From a virus (lineage: Duplodnaviria > Caudoviricetes), in the IMG/VR virus record IMGVR_UViG_3300042938_001691, positions 1-45,962 of that record: a DNA stretch of 45,962 nt; one strand, given 5' to 3'. The position numbers and the translations under genes were made by a program. Positions 19,322 to 28,970 of this stretch are shown here, in pieces (position 1 is the first letter of the stretch; every line of letters starts with the position of its first letter). The notes under the pieces are model-generated. The model saw nothing but the letters and a program-made list of their open reading frames with translations, did no database searches and was not told where the DNA came from.

Positions 19322-19364
19322 AAAACTTTAACACTTTTATATACATATACTTAATAAATATGTA

Positions 19365-19386
19365 TATATTTGTATCACTCTAATAC
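19365..19386 (+). promoter_or_regulatory. promoter (-7 TATATTTG) with abutting palindrome
   Basis: TATATTTG 19365-19372; GTATCACTCTAATAC 19372-19386. Confidence 0.75.
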
Positions 19387-19393
19387 ACTAACA

Positions 19394-19726
19394 ATGAAAA
19401 TCAAAATCAAACTTAGCCCAGACGAACTAAGGTTCTTGGAAAAGAAAACCAATACAATATTTTCAATTTCAACTTATGACTTGCAAAAAGATAAAAAGTC
19501 GGCATATACTATTATGCTGGACATAGCTGATAAAGTAATGAACAAGGCAAAGAACTTGAATCGCCAGCTTTCAATCGGTAAAAAGAAACACGATGTTTCT
19601 CTTAAATGGCACGAAGCTGAAACCCTTGAACTTTTCCTTACAGGATTTCAAGAAATTGAAACAGATCCTTATGATGCAAATCTTTTCAGAAAAATAATTT
19701 CTCAAATCAATCAAAAACTAGCATAA
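19394..19726 (+). CDS. hypothetical protein (start revised to ATG 19394)
   Basis: the track's TTG start lies inside the promoter; first ATG gives MKIKIKLS... Confidence 0.7.
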   Translation: MKIKIKLSPDELRFLEKKTNTIFSISTYDLQKDKKSAYTIMLDIADKVMNKAKNLNRQLSIGKKKHDVSLKWHEAETLELFLTGFQEIETDPYDANLFRKIISQINQKLA

Positions 19727-19926
19727 TGAAACAACTCATTCAAGAAACAAAGGCATACAAAGCAATGGATCCAGTAGTGATTAAAATAGTAAACAGGCAT
19801 AGTAGTCAAGTTCAAATTGAAGCTGCTATAATTCAGGCTAGAAATATCGGAATTGAAAAGTGGCGAAGCCAAACAGATTTGCCGAATAGATGGAAAAGCA
19901 TTGTCGAAGAAATAATTGAACAATAA
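19726..19926 (+). CDS. hypothetical protein
   Basis: 66 aa, TAATG coupling. Confidence 0.65.
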   Translation: MKQLIQETKAYKAMDPVVIKIVNRHSSQVQIEAAIIQARNIGIEKWRSQTDLPNRWKSIVEEIIEQ

Positions 19927-19946
19927 ATAAATCAAACCAAATAATC

Positions 19947-20222
19947 ATGAGAAACCCAACCAATCAAACAGCAGAAGTCCTTTACGAGATTCTTAACAAT
20001 GTTAGTGTTTCAAGAAAGGATATTTTAATCAGTACCGGAGTGCTGAACCCAACGGCAAGGATTGCCGATTTAAGAATTCGTCACGGCTTGAATATAACTT
20101 GTGAAAGGACAAGTGTAAGAAATAAGTTTTCACGCAGAATCAGTTATGGAATGTGGAGCATTAAAGGTGAAGATGACATCGAAAAAGCAAAAGGTGTCTA
20201 TAATCAAATCAATAAGCAATAA
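19947..20222 (+). CDS. winged helix-turn-helix domain protein
   Basis: VSRKDILISTGVLNPTARIADLRIRHGLNI pattern. Confidence 0.65.
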   Translation: MRNPTNQTAEVLYEILNNVSVSRKDILISTGVLNPTARIADLRIRHGLNITCERTSVRNKFSRRISYGMWSIKGEDDIEKAKGVYNQINKQ

Positions 20223-20419
20223 TGGCGAAAGAATATACAGGTGTTACCTGGAACCGTCAGAAACAAGTCTATATTTCAAGAATTATTTGCAAAGGTGTTA
20301 TCTATGAATGTGGTAGTTATTTCGATGAAATAGACGCTGTAAAAGCACGTGACAAGTGTATAATCAAAAACGGCTTAGGAATAGAAAAACTTCAAATCTT
20401 AAAACTTAAAAAATTGTAA
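20222..20419 (+). CDS. stand-alone AP2-like DNA-binding domain protein
   Basis: YTGVTWNRQKQVYISRI...GSYFDEIDAVKARD. Confidence 0.75.
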   Translation: MAKEYTGVTWNRQKQVYISRIICKGVIYECGSYFDEIDAVKARDKCIIKNGLGIEKLQILKLKKL

Positions 20420-20510
20420 CAATGCGAGATAAAATTGAATCTTTCGTTTTTAGAATAGCTGATTTACTAAGTAAAAGAGCAAAAAACTTTCATTATCTGA
20501 ATACATATCT

Positions 20511-20518
20511 TACCTTTG
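20511..20518 (+). promoter_or_regulatory. putative -7 promoter element for the hydrolase operon (no palindrome nearby)
   Basis: TACCTTTG 43 nt upstream of ATG 20562. Confidence 0.55.
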
Positions 20519-20561
20519 TATTCATTTATATATCAATTAACAAACAAAATTTCTTTCTATT

Positions 20562-21368
20562 ATGATTGGTGCAATTATAGGTGATATTGTAGGATCCCGT
20601 TTTGAATTTAATAATCATCGCTCAACTGAATTTGATCTTTTCCATAAAGATTGTTCATATACTGACGATAGTATTTGCACGGTTGCAGTTGCTGATTGGT
20701 TAATTAAAAACAAAGATCCTTTGGCTACAATAATGCGACAATGGTGTAGAAAATATCCAAACCCAAAAGGTAGTTACGGTATGAGTTTTAGATCCTGGGT
20801 TTTAGTCGATAAATATGGTCCTTATTACAGTTATGGAAATGGTTCGGCAATGCGTGTAAGTCCTGTTGCATGGGCTAGTAATACCATTGAATCAACTAAG
20901 CTAAATGCTACAAACTCGGCTTCAATAACTCATAGTCATCCAGAAGGAATCAAAGGCGCACAGGCTATTTCACAGGCCATATTTATGCTTAAAAAAGGAA
21001 TAAAGAAAGAAATAGTTTGCTCGCCTAAACAAATACAGTCATTTGGTTACAGTCTTAAACATGACTGCCAAACTCTACAAAAAATAAACATATTTGACGA
21101 AACCTGCATGACCTCTGTTCCTTATGCTTTTCAATGCCTTAAAGAAAGCACTGACTTTGAAAGTGCTATTCGTTTGGCAGTTTCAATTGGTGGCGATAGC
21201 GATACTATTGCAGCGATTACAGGATCTTTAGCGGAAGCTTGTTATGAAATACCGGAATGGATTGAAGATCAGGCAATGACTTACTTAACTGACGAAATGA
21301 AAAACGTTATTAATGAATTTAAAATGAAATTTAACTATGGAAGATTATACAATGTACAGGTTTTATAA
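20562..21368 (+). CDS. ADP-ribosylglycohydrolase (ARH/DraG family)
   Basis: GAIIGDIVGS, YTDDS, GNGSAMRVSP, THSHPEG, GGDSDTIAAITGSLAEA motifs. Confidence 0.95.
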   Translation: MIGAIIGDIVGSRFEFNNHRSTEFDLFHKDCSYTDDSICTVAVADWLIKNKDPLATIMRQWCRKYPNPKGSYGMSFRSWVLVDKYGPYYSYGNGSAMRVSPVAWASNTIESTKLNATNSASITHSHPEGIKGAQAISQAIFMLKKGIKKEIVCSPKQIQSFGYSLKHDCQTLQKINIFDETCMTSVPYAFQCLKESTDFESAIRLAVSIGGDSDTIAAITGSLAEACYEIPEWIEDQAMTYLTDEMKNVINEFKMKFNYGRLYNVQVL

Positions 21369-21678
21369 AGGCGAAAAAAAGAATCCTTTTGATAGTGAAA
21401 CTGATAGTCTTTCAGCAAAGTTTTGGTTTTACGAATATATATTCGATTCATCTTTTTTTAAAAAAGAAACTTATGAAATACATAGTTTCTTTAAAGATCA
21501 CGATATGGAAAAGCAATTTATGGCTTTACTTACAGAAAAAGATCACGACTATATATCTGAAAAAATAAAAAAGCCAGTGTTTGAACTCTGGCTTGTGTAT
21601 CTTTTTAAATTCAAACTTTATGCTGAATATGGTGGTGAGAATAAAGATAAAAAAGTGTATTATTCTACTGCCCTATAA
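21337..21678 (+). CDS. hypothetical protein, candidate immunity partner
   Basis: 113 aa, overlaps hydrolase 3' end and the convergent MuF-ART 3' end; YRFYKGEKKNPF...FWFYE. Confidence 0.7.
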   Translation: MEDYTMYRFYKGEKKNPFDSETDSLSAKFWFYEYIFDSSFFKKETYEIHSFFKDHDMEKQFMALLTEKDHDYISEKIKKPVFELWLVYLFKFKLYAEYGGENKDKKVYYSTAL

Positions 21679-24223
21679 CTTCAACATCAATGTAGTATTT
21701 GCCATCCTTAAACTCAGCTTTGTTAATTCTGAATTTGGTATTTCTTTGTAATAGAACTTCGGATTCGCTACTGAATGAAGTTTGTTTGGTAATTCCATTC
21801 CAATTAACACTTCGTACACCTTCACCAAATTGTGAGAATGGCTCCAGGTACATCATTTTAGTTCCTTTTGGACAATATACATTGTAGATTACTGGCTTGT
21901 GGCTGAATCCTTTTCCTTTTGAAACACCGCACGAACTGAACGCTTTTTCTTCTCCTACCTTCCCAATAATGGATTGAAGTTTGTCTACATCTATGCTATT
22001 AAGATCAAAGCCAAAAAGTCCTTTAAAACCATCTTTTTCAACTCCACGTTGAACCCACATATCGAAATCGTATTTTGATTTTTCAATTATAGAGGTTAAA
22101 TGTGGAACTTTTGATTGTGACAATGATACGTCTTTATTTCCGTAATAGGTAACACCTCGTAACGGCTCATTAATCGAACTATATGTATGCGTGTAATAAT
22201 ATGCAGCATCTTTTTCGGCATCAGTTGAAGCATTCCAAACCCTTCCACAATTATCACGAAGTTTGCCGTCTGCTTCTGCTGATTCTTTTGCCCATAATGC
22301 GGCATCTTTTCTTTGTTGAGAATAAGATGCTTTTGACCAGTCTGACTTAACCTTGCTGAGTTTGGCACTTTCTTTAGTGTAGAAATCAGCAATAGCATTA
22401 TTTAATTTTTCTGTTTTTGCGTTGATTATTTCTATTGAAACATTCTTACTTGCGAGTGCTTTGTTTAGATCTTCGGTTGCCTTTTTAACTGATTTGAATT
22501 CAATAGTTGAAGCATTAGTAATAACTGATTTGGCATTTTGAACAGTACTAAAAAGGGCTTCGTTTGCTAATTGATTTTTTATTTCTGCTTTTAAGAAAAC
22601 GAGATCACGTTCAAGCATTTTTCCAAACTCAATCGAAGTTGAATACTTCCCGTTTGTTTTCAACCAATCGATCTCGTATTCAATCTTGCTTATTTTACTG
22701 CCTAGTGAATATGTGTTCTCTATTTTGTTTTTGTAGAAATTATCGTATGCAGAGAATAGATTGTCAACTTCAGTTTTAGTGTAGGTTTGAAGTAATGATT
22801 CTTTGCTTAAAGGATCTGAATTTATAAGTTTTTTGACCTTTATTTCTTGAACCATTTTTTTAGACTTACCGGCTATCTGTGCATAAGTCAAACTTTCGTC
22901 TTCAATAGCAGCTTTTAGATCTTCAAGGTTTTTACTAGAAAGCCCAAGACTTTCAGCTTCAGCAATTTTCTTTTTAGCGTAAGTGATTTCAGAATTCTTT
23001 TTATCGGCCAATACTTTTGCTTTAGCTGCTTCAATTGCTTGCTCTGCTGCTAGTGCTTCGGCTTTTGCCTGTGCTAATTGTAAGGCTAATTGTTCTGATG
23101 CTAGTTGTTCTGCTGTCTTTGTAGCGACTTTTAGTCCACCAGAGATATTCCCACCCTTGAAATTATCACGAATGAAATACGGCTGTGATTTCCACCCCTT
23201 AGAACGTTCAGCATTTTCAGCAATCCAATCTTTAAATCCTTTCGGAACATCATTTATAGCATTGGCAGACTGAAATGGTGTGTATTCTGTTCCATTGATA
23301 GCTGATTTCAATTCGTTTAGCTCGTCTGTATTAAAATCTTTTGGATCTTGAAGTATTGGAATAGACTTGCACCTACATTGTGGGTGCCAGCCTACGAATT
23401 TAAAGTCCTTTGGGTATTTTCCTTTGACTACATCACAAATGTCATAAACAGGGTGATTATTTGAAAGAATTACTTCAAAACCTATTACAAAATTAAGTTG
23501 CTTCCAACGCAAATTATCCGATTCACGATAAGCCATATTTATTTCTGACCGTGTTAATCTCATTGCGTTCTTGTAGCTGCTTCTGTATTTACCTTGTCCA
23601 GGGTGAAAGGCTTTGGCATTCTTAGATAGTTGAAGCACTCCATGTTTATCGCGTACACGTCTAAAAAGCTTGTCGGGATCTACTAGATACTGCTTTAAAT
23701 CTCTTGAAAGTGCGTTGGCTGACTTCCCATCTCCAAGTGCTAAATCAATACCCATTTCCATTTGAGTTTTCATCTGTCCAGAATAGTTCCAAATCCTATC
23801 TGATAAACCCAAACCGCTAACTTTTCTTGATTGAAATGTTTTAAGCGCATCAAGGTTTCTATCTTGGAACTTTGAAAGAGTTGATTTCTTTACTTTTGAA
23901 GTTTCTAGTATTGAATCAATGAAAGCATCGTTCTTTTTACAAGCAAATAGCCATTGTTTTTCACTTCCTTGAACTATTACAGACTGCATTTTATTGGCCA
24001 ATTCAGAAACTATCGCTTCGGCTTTTGCTTTTGTTCCTGGATAGTCGCCAAAGGAAAACGGCTTCAAAGGATCAAGATTCAATTTTCCTGCCATTTTCGC
24101 ATACTCGGCTACGGCTTGATTGTATATTGCATCAATTGCCTTAACGTAACCTTCAGTTTGCTGTATATGACTGGCATCGAATCCTTGAATTGAAAAGCCT
24201 TGTTTCTTTGGTGTTTTAGCCAT
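21665..24223 (-). CDS. MuF / SPP1 gp7-like minor head protein fused to a C-terminal VIP2-like (R-S-ExE) ADP-ribosyltransferase
   Basis: LSDRIW, RLTRSEINMAY, CDVVKGKYPK...WHPQCRC (MuF); YT...INEPLRG, VQRG, FSSCG, ESEVLLQRNTKF (ART); downstream of portal. Confidence 0.92.
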   Translation of the reverse strand: MAKTPKKQGFSIQGFDASHIQQTEGYVKAIDAIYNQAVAEYAKMAGKLNLDPLKPFSFGDYPGTKAKAEAIVSELANKMQSVIVQGSEKQWLFACKKNDAFIDSILETSKVKKSTLSKFQDRNLDALKTFQSRKVSGLGLSDRIWNYSGQMKTQMEMGIDLALGDGKSANALSRDLKQYLVDPDKLFRRVRDKHGVLQLSKNAKAFHPGQGKYRSSYKNAMRLTRSEINMAYRESDNLRWKQLNFVIGFEVILSNNHPVYDICDVVKGKYPKDFKFVGWHPQCRCKSIPILQDPKDFNTDELNELKSAINGTEYTPFQSANAINDVPKGFKDWIAENAERSKGWKSQPYFIRDNFKGGNISGGLKVATKTAEQLASEQLALQLAQAKAEALAAEQAIEAAKAKVLADKKNSEITYAKKKIAEAESLGLSSKNLEDLKAAIEDESLTYAQIAGKSKKMVQEIKVKKLINSDPLSKESLLQTYTKTEVDNLFSAYDNFYKNKIENTYSLGSKISKIEYEIDWLKTNGKYSTSIEFGKMLERDLVFLKAEIKNQLANEALFSTVQNAKSVITNASTIEFKSVKKATEDLNKALASKNVSIEIINAKTEKLNNAIADFYTKESAKLSKVKSDWSKASYSQQRKDAALWAKESAEADGKLRDNCGRVWNASTDAEKDAAYYYTHTYSSINEPLRGVTYYGNKDVSLSQSKVPHLTSIIEKSKYDFDMWVQRGVEKDGFKGLFGFDLNSIDVDKLQSIIGKVGEEKAFSSCGVSKGKGFSHKPVIYNVYCPKGTKMMYLEPFSQFGEGVRSVNWNGITKQTSFSSESEVLLQRNTKFRINKAEFKDGKYYIDVEVIGQ

Positions 24224-24236
24224 TAAATAGTAATAT

Positions 24237-24266
24237 TTTAAAGTGGTCAGATTTGACCACTTTAAA
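24237..24266. promoter_or_regulatory. perfect 13-bp inverted repeat just upstream of the MuF-ART start
   Basis: tttaaagtggtca-gatt-tgaccactttaaa. Confidence 0.6.
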
Positions 24267-24279
24267 TTGGATCAAAGTA

Positions 24280-24447
24280 TTAATGCTGTTTTATTTCTTT
24301 ATAAATTACTGAAAGCCAACATTTAGGATTCTCGTTTATTTTGCTGGTTCCAGATCCTTCGTAAATGGAATGCTGAACATATATCGGAAATCCTAGAACA
24401 TCAACACCTACTTGATATTCAACTATTTTTACTTTCAGTGTCGCCAT
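24280..24447 (-). CDS. small hypothetical protein, 55 aa (not in ORF track)
   Basis: TAATG-coupled to the portal stop; MATLKVKIVEYQVGVDVLGFPIY...IKQH*. Confidence 0.6.
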   Translation of the reverse strand: MATLKVKIVEYQVGVDVLGFPIYVQHSIYEGSGTSKINENPKCWLSVIYKEIKQH

Positions 24448-25922
24448 TATGCCGGTAGTGTTGGTTCGTTTAGTGTGAAACTATTTTTGGCATTTTGCTC
24501 CTCATTGTACTGTGCAAAGTCAGCATCGGCATCGTTGGTCAATCCTGCTTTCTCAAATGAAGCCTTTTGCGACATGATAGGTTGACCACCATTGGCATCC
24601 GTCCAGATCTTAATCTCGGCAGCTTCATCAACAATCATATAAGGCGTTATTATCGGCTCAACCATTAGGTTGTCTGCGTCAGTAGCAAGCTTAGTGTTGA
24701 ACTTTCCAATAAACGCCTTAATGATATTGATACGTCGTTGAAGGTACTCGTCAAAGACTTCTTGATGATCAGCTACTTTCAAGTGAGCATCCATGAAAAG
24801 AAGTTTCAAAGCAACTCCCGAAATGGCACCGATTCCTTTAATAGAATCGAATGAAATATCAGGTGTTTGAGTAATAGTGTAAATCATTTCCAAAAGCGTA
24901 TTGATTTCAAGCTTTACTGCTTCTGGAGCATTAGCCCAAGAAAGATACTCGGCACTTGAATTTTCGTCACCTTGAAGTATCGCGCCTGATTCACCCTTTT
25001 TAGCAAAACCGAGAAGTTTTCCTTTGATAAAGATCTTTGGGCTTGCATGATAATCGTTAGTATCGGCAAAGTTTGAAAGTAGTTTTTCCAAACGGTCAAT
25101 AAGATTCTGAACATCACCCCATTCAACCTGTGGCTGATTTCCAAATACGACAGGAATCTTTCCGATTGTGATCTCTTTCGGATAGTTTTCGGCAAGAACA
25201 TAACCTTCTGAACTGTTTTCCCACATATAGTGTGCCTGGTCCGTATAGGTTTCAAAATAATTCTTAGTCACTCTGTTCGAATTAGTGACTGCAAATTCAC
25301 GTGAAAATGCCACCATGTTTCCTGTTTCGTCAAAGTATGGGTAAAGAGTATCGCCAAGCAAAGGCGAAAATATTGCGGATCTCAATTTGAATTTACTTTG
25401 AAAACCATAAGTTGAATTGTCGCTTTCTACTGGGTACCAATATTCGGCAACTTCGGTACAACTGAAAAGGTTTCTTGCAATCTTACGGTTGAAAGACTTT
25501 TCCTTGATGTCGTACATTACACGTTTCAAGGCTTTCAAAACTGACTTTTCATTTTCTGATTCTGCTTCCGAATCTAAGGTTACAGGATTGCCAAAAATGA
25601 AAGACACTGCTCGTTTAACAATTAGTTTCTGAATAGCCAAAGCAACACGTGCCACAGGCTCATATCTGTACCCTGTTGGTGTAGTTCCACCTGTAACATT
25701 AATTACATTTTCCTCGTTGTTTTGATAGTCAGGATCGTCTTTATCAATCTTTACCTTTTTATCAGGTCTTTTTATCCTATCATAAACATCGTGGCTTAAT
25801 GGATCAAGATTTTTCTTGAAGGTTTCGCTGTCTGGATCCTGAATATATCGCTTTGATTTTAACTCTGTAATCACCTTGCTATTGTCTAGTGATTCGGCAT
25901 TTAATAATTCTTTTATGTCCAT
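24447..25922 (-). CDS. portal protein (SPP1 gp6-like)
   Basis: 491 aa; IVKRAVSFIFGNPV, GKIPVV, TITQTPDISF, SGVALKL motifs. Confidence 0.93.
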   Translation of the reverse strand: MDIKELLNAESLDNSKVITELKSKRYIQDPDSETFKKNLDPLSHDVYDRIKRPDKKVKIDKDDPDYQNNEENVINVTGGTTPTGYRYEPVARVALAIQKLIVKRAVSFIFGNPVTLDSEAESENEKSVLKALKRVMYDIKEKSFNRKIARNLFSCTEVAEYWYPVESDNSTYGFQSKFKLRSAIFSPLLGDTLYPYFDETGNMVAFSREFAVTNSNRVTKNYFETYTDQAHYMWENSSEGYVLAENYPKEITIGKIPVVFGNQPQVEWGDVQNLIDRLEKLLSNFADTNDYHASPKIFIKGKLLGFAKKGESGAILQGDENSSAEYLSWANAPEAVKLEINTLLEMIYTITQTPDISFDSIKGIGAISGVALKLLFMDAHLKVADHQEVFDEYLQRRINIIKAFIGKFNTKLATDADNLMVEPIITPYMIVDEAAEIKIWTDANGGQPIMSQKASFEKAGLTNDADADFAQYNEEQNAKNSFTLNEPTLPA

Positions 25923-25935
25923 TTTTATTGTTTTA

Positions 25936-25950
25936 GTATTACTGTGATAC
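25936..25950. promoter_or_regulatory. 15-bp palindrome 13 nt upstream of the portal start
   Basis: GTATTACTGTGATAC; no canonical -7 box seen nearby. Confidence 0.65.
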
Positions 25951-25963
25951 GTGTTTTGTTAAA

Positions 25964-26158
25964 TTATAAACCCGATTGATTAATTATTGATGTTGAACTA
26001 ATAAATTCTTGACCAAGTTCAAGAAGTCTGTCGATCAGTTGCTGTTCTGTTTCGAAATATTCAAGAAAAGGTTGCCCTGTTGTTACAATCTGATTCTGTT
26101 GAAGATTACTATAATGAAATACATTTACTCCATTATGTGCCAAATAAAAATTATTCAT
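25964..26158 (-). CDS. small hypothetical protein (start revised to 26158)
   Basis: MNNFYLAHNG...; the revised start avoids overlap with the upstream gene. Confidence 0.6.
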   Translation of the reverse strand: MNNFYLAHNGVNVFHYSNLQQNQIVTTGQPFLEYFETEQQLIDRLLELGQEFISSTSIINQSGL

Positions 26159-26174
26159 ATTTTTTGTTTTAAAA

Positions 26175-27473
26175 TTAAACCATTCCACCATCAACTATTG
26201 TCCATCCACGACTTACTAATATTGCCCTGCCTGCGCTTGAAGCTGATGTATATTTTGCAGTGCCAAATGAAATACTTAAATTTGAATTTGACGGTCTGCT
26301 ACTCCAACCATTATAAATTGCATCTAAATTAGCCGCTGAAAATGTCGTAGGTGTTTTTGTTGACATAAAACCTGTAATGAATATAACTGAACTAATATTC
26401 CAAGAACCAATATCTTGATTAAAATTAGTTGCTCCTTGAAACATATTAGGCATATTAGTAACTGAACCTACATTCCAAGCACCAATATCTTGATTAAAAT
26501 TAGTTGCTGCTTGAAACATTGAACCCATATTAGTAACTGAACCTACATTCCAATTGCCTATGTCTTGATTGAAAGCAAAGTTTTGATAAAACATACCAGA
26601 CATATTTATTACATTGCTTACATTCCAATTATCGATTTTTTGATTGAAATTAATTGCTAGTTGAAACATATTTTGCATAGTATTCACATTGCTAACATCC
26701 CAAGAACCAATGTCTTGATTAAAACTAGTTGCATCAAAAAACATCTGAGCCATAGTATTCACATTGCTCACATTCCAAGATCCAATGTCTTGATTGAAAT
26801 CATCATTATTAGAAAACATACCAAACATATTTGTAACATTACTCACGTCCCAATTACCAATAGGTTCATTAAAAAGAGTAACATAAAACATTTGATTCAT
26901 ACTAGTTAATTGACTTACATCCCAATTGTTAATTAAATTAATATTAACTTTTCGGTAAAAATAAAATAGTCCATACATACTAGTCAAATACCTTGTTCTT
27001 AATGTATCTTTAACTTTTGATAAATCTAATTGAGTACAACCGCCAAATTGTTGACCGTTAGCTAAATCATCTATTAATTCCAAACAACCCCATCTTTCAA
27101 TTTTAAATATTTTTAGCTGCTCAGCAGTTAAACCAAAATATGACCAACCTCTGCATGTACCAATTATTTTAATAGTATAAAATTTTAAAGCCGTAGGATA
27201 TGTGTGTGTACGAGCAACTGTTTCACCTGAATATACTTGGCTAAAAGCCTTTACAAAATCTTTAACTCCATCGCCCCAATCAATCCAAAAAGCATAAGTT
27301 CCATTTGATACAAGTGGAAGAACAATTGTCTTTGTTGATGTAGTTCTAACGGTAAAAATAAAAGTATTGGTTTCATTAATAATTTCGTGCATACCCATTT
27401 GACCTCTAGATAGTCCAACTAGTGAACTATCTAACAAGCCATAAACTGCGCCATTATCTAAACCGTTGCTCAT
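26175..27473 (-). CDS. DUF285 / BspA-type repeat surface protein with N-terminal PKD-like segment
   Basis: about 7-8 25-aa repeats [20 protein letters not shown]; IDWGDG...THTY. Confidence 0.9.
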   Translation of the reverse strand: MSNGLDNGAVYGLLDSSLVGLSRGQMGMHEIINETNTFIFTVRTTSTKTIVLPLVSNGTYAFWIDWGDGVKDFVKAFSQVYSGETVARTHTYPTALKFYTIKIIGTCRGWSYFGLTAEQLKIFKIERWGCLELIDDLANGQQFGGCTQLDLSKVKDTLRTRYLTSMYGLFYFYRKVNINLINNWDVSQLTSMNQMFYVTLFNEPIGNWDVSNVTNMFGMFSNNDDFNQDIGSWNVSNVNTMAQMFFDATSFNQDIGSWDVSNVNTMQNMFQLAINFNQKIDNWNVSNVINMSGMFYQNFAFNQDIGNWNVGSVTNMGSMFQAATNFNQDIGAWNVGSVTNMPNMFQGATNFNQDIGSWNISSVIFITGFMSTKTPTTFSAANLDAIYNGWSSRPSNSNLSISFGTAKYTSASSAGRAILVSRGWTIVDGGMV

Positions 27474-27479
27474 ATATTA

Positions 27480-27929
27480 TTATACTTGATAATCTGCTCC
27501 GTGTGCTGAAACCCAAGCAGAACCAGATGCAATATTAATCAGTGTTGATACTTTTAGTTTATCACCTCCTTGAAGCGGAATATATCTTTTGCCAGTATTA
27601 TCTAATGGCAAGCCAAGTATATTCACCCCATCCAAATAATCAACATTATATCTTACTGCTAGAGTATTTCCAGACGATAATGGAATGTTGACCAATCCGA
27701 CAGGAATAACTGTTGAACCTCTTAAAATATATACAAATGTATTTACAGTTACAGTTGAATTTGTAACTCCTGTAAGCGCGTAAACCCTACCGCCTAAACT
27801 TCCTGCCGTATAAACCAATACGCCATTTGTATCAGATCCTAGTGCTCCAATAGTTGTTCCTGTAACTACTCCAACACCACTATTTGGTACATTTGCTAAA
27901 ACTGGTATTTGTCCTGCTGTTAATCCCAT
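27480..27929 (-). CDS. hypothetical beta-rich structural protein
   Basis: 149 aa Gly/Val/Thr-rich, ends LQGGDKLKV...HGADY. Confidence 0.65.
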   Translation of the reverse strand: MGLTAGQIPVLANVPNSGVGVVTGTTIGALGSDTNGVLVYTAGSLGGRVYALTGVTNSTVTVNTFVYILRGSTVIPVGLVNIPLSSGNTLAVRYNVDYLDGVNILGLPLDNTGKRYIPLQGGDKLKVSTLINIASGSAWVSAHGADYQV

Positions 27930-27941
27930 AATTTATCTTTT

Positions 27942-28609
<668 letters not shown>

Positions 28610-28613
<4 letters not shown>

Positions 28614-28951
28614 GTTCTTGAAGGTTTTATTTCTAGGAACTCAACGATGTCTTTTACTATCGGTGCCGCAACTCCAACGAAATCAACACGTACTTCAATA
28701 TCATACTTACCGGTAGCAAGATTCGTAGTGTCGATATTAAATACCATTTTGCTATCTTGATTCAAAGTAATTAGCCCTGCCGCTGGATAGCTTTCGGAAG
28801 CTACTTTTACGAAAGCAAGAGATACACTTGAATCAGTTTGCTTATATAATAGAATCAGTATTTGAGAAGCGTTTACGAAATCGAAGCCTGTCATTAACTG
28901 AGAAAACCTTTCACCTTGTAGGCATTCTATTTTATCACCAATTTTTTTCAT
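28610..28951 (-). CDS. hypothetical beta-sandwich-like structural protein
   Basis: 113 aa, [16 protein letters not shown]; ATGA overlap with the collagen gene. Confidence 0.65.
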
Positions 28952-28970
28952 TTATTTTTATTTTAAGTTT

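Noticed and set aside
20422-20565. 47-aa ORF overlapping the hydrolase start
   Set aside because: Spans the putative hydrolase promoter and has no recognisable features; not supportable without conservation data
26175-27473. Diversity-generating retroelement target
   Set aside because: No reverse transcriptase in the genome, and the repeats are in-frame DUF285 units rather than a template/variable repeat pair
28665-28675. 11-nt match (GCCGCAACTCC) to the candidate sRNA loop; also CCGCAAC at 1559
   Set aside because: Both lie inside minus-strand CDSs in the same sense as the sRNA, so they cannot be targets; probably chance
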